Shown: positions 63,958-64,000 of the stretch, piece after piece
Layout of the letters: each line of letters starts with the position of its first letter
Numbering within the stretch: the stretch's first letter is position 1
Virus record (IMG/VR): IMGVR_UViG_3300045988_125079
Location: 79,838 to 143,837 of that record
Reading direction: 5' to 3' (one strand)
Origin: a virus
Length of the DNA stretch: 64,000 nt
Program-made: the position numbers and the translations under genes
Notes under the pieces: model-generated
The model's database searches: none
What the model was told of the DNA's origin: nothing
What the model saw: only the letters and a program-made list of their open reading frames with translations

Positions 63958-63986
63958 ATTATACTGAATTTTCCATAAAAATGCAA
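63958..63986 (-). promoter_or_regulatory. sigma70-type promoter (TTGCAT-17-TATAAT) for the right arm
   Basis: On the minus strand, the -35 is at 63986-63981 and the -10 at 63963-63958. Confidence 0.65.
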
Positions 63987-64000
63987 GAGCTTCTATAAAA

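Overview
The window holds most of a tailed dsDNA phage genome. It looks siphovirus-like, with a tail tube and tape measure but no sheath gene, and it uses Firmicutes-style AGGAGG Shine-Dalgarno sites.

Layout: two minus-strand arms of small unknown genes (1-5518 and 61306-63668) flank a ~54-kb plus-strand block. The right arm is led by a consensus sigma70 promoter. The plus block runs, in order: PIN-PhoH ATPase, a run of small ORFs, a YonO/RdRP-like single-subunit RNA polymerase, a metallophosphoesterase, terS/terL, portal, protease-scaffold, capsid, connectors, tail tube, a RuvC-like resolvase, a ~3,400-aa tape measure, baseplate and fibres, and a lysis cassette.

Main observations:
1. TAG is a sense codon. 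There are at least 29 in-frame TAGs, all in the plus-strand backbone. Sequence context argues for Trp rather than the Gln usually reported for phages.
2. terL is split by a ~1.05-kb group I intron that carries a nuclease ORF.
3. The tape-measure gene is split by a 3.8-kb element with group I intron P1/P10 pairing and core-like motifs. It carries a self-contained, convergently transcribed 6-ORF island with two identical consensus sigma70 promoters. Two of the island genes end in TAG.
4. Six consecutive small proteins share a C-x-S-L-L carboxy terminus.
5. There is a tRNA-like gene with a CAU anticodon loop and a long variable arm, but no CUA suppressor tRNA in the window.

I recognised no rRNA, CRISPR array, integrase or transposase. 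All functional calls come from motifs read by eye; no searches were run.
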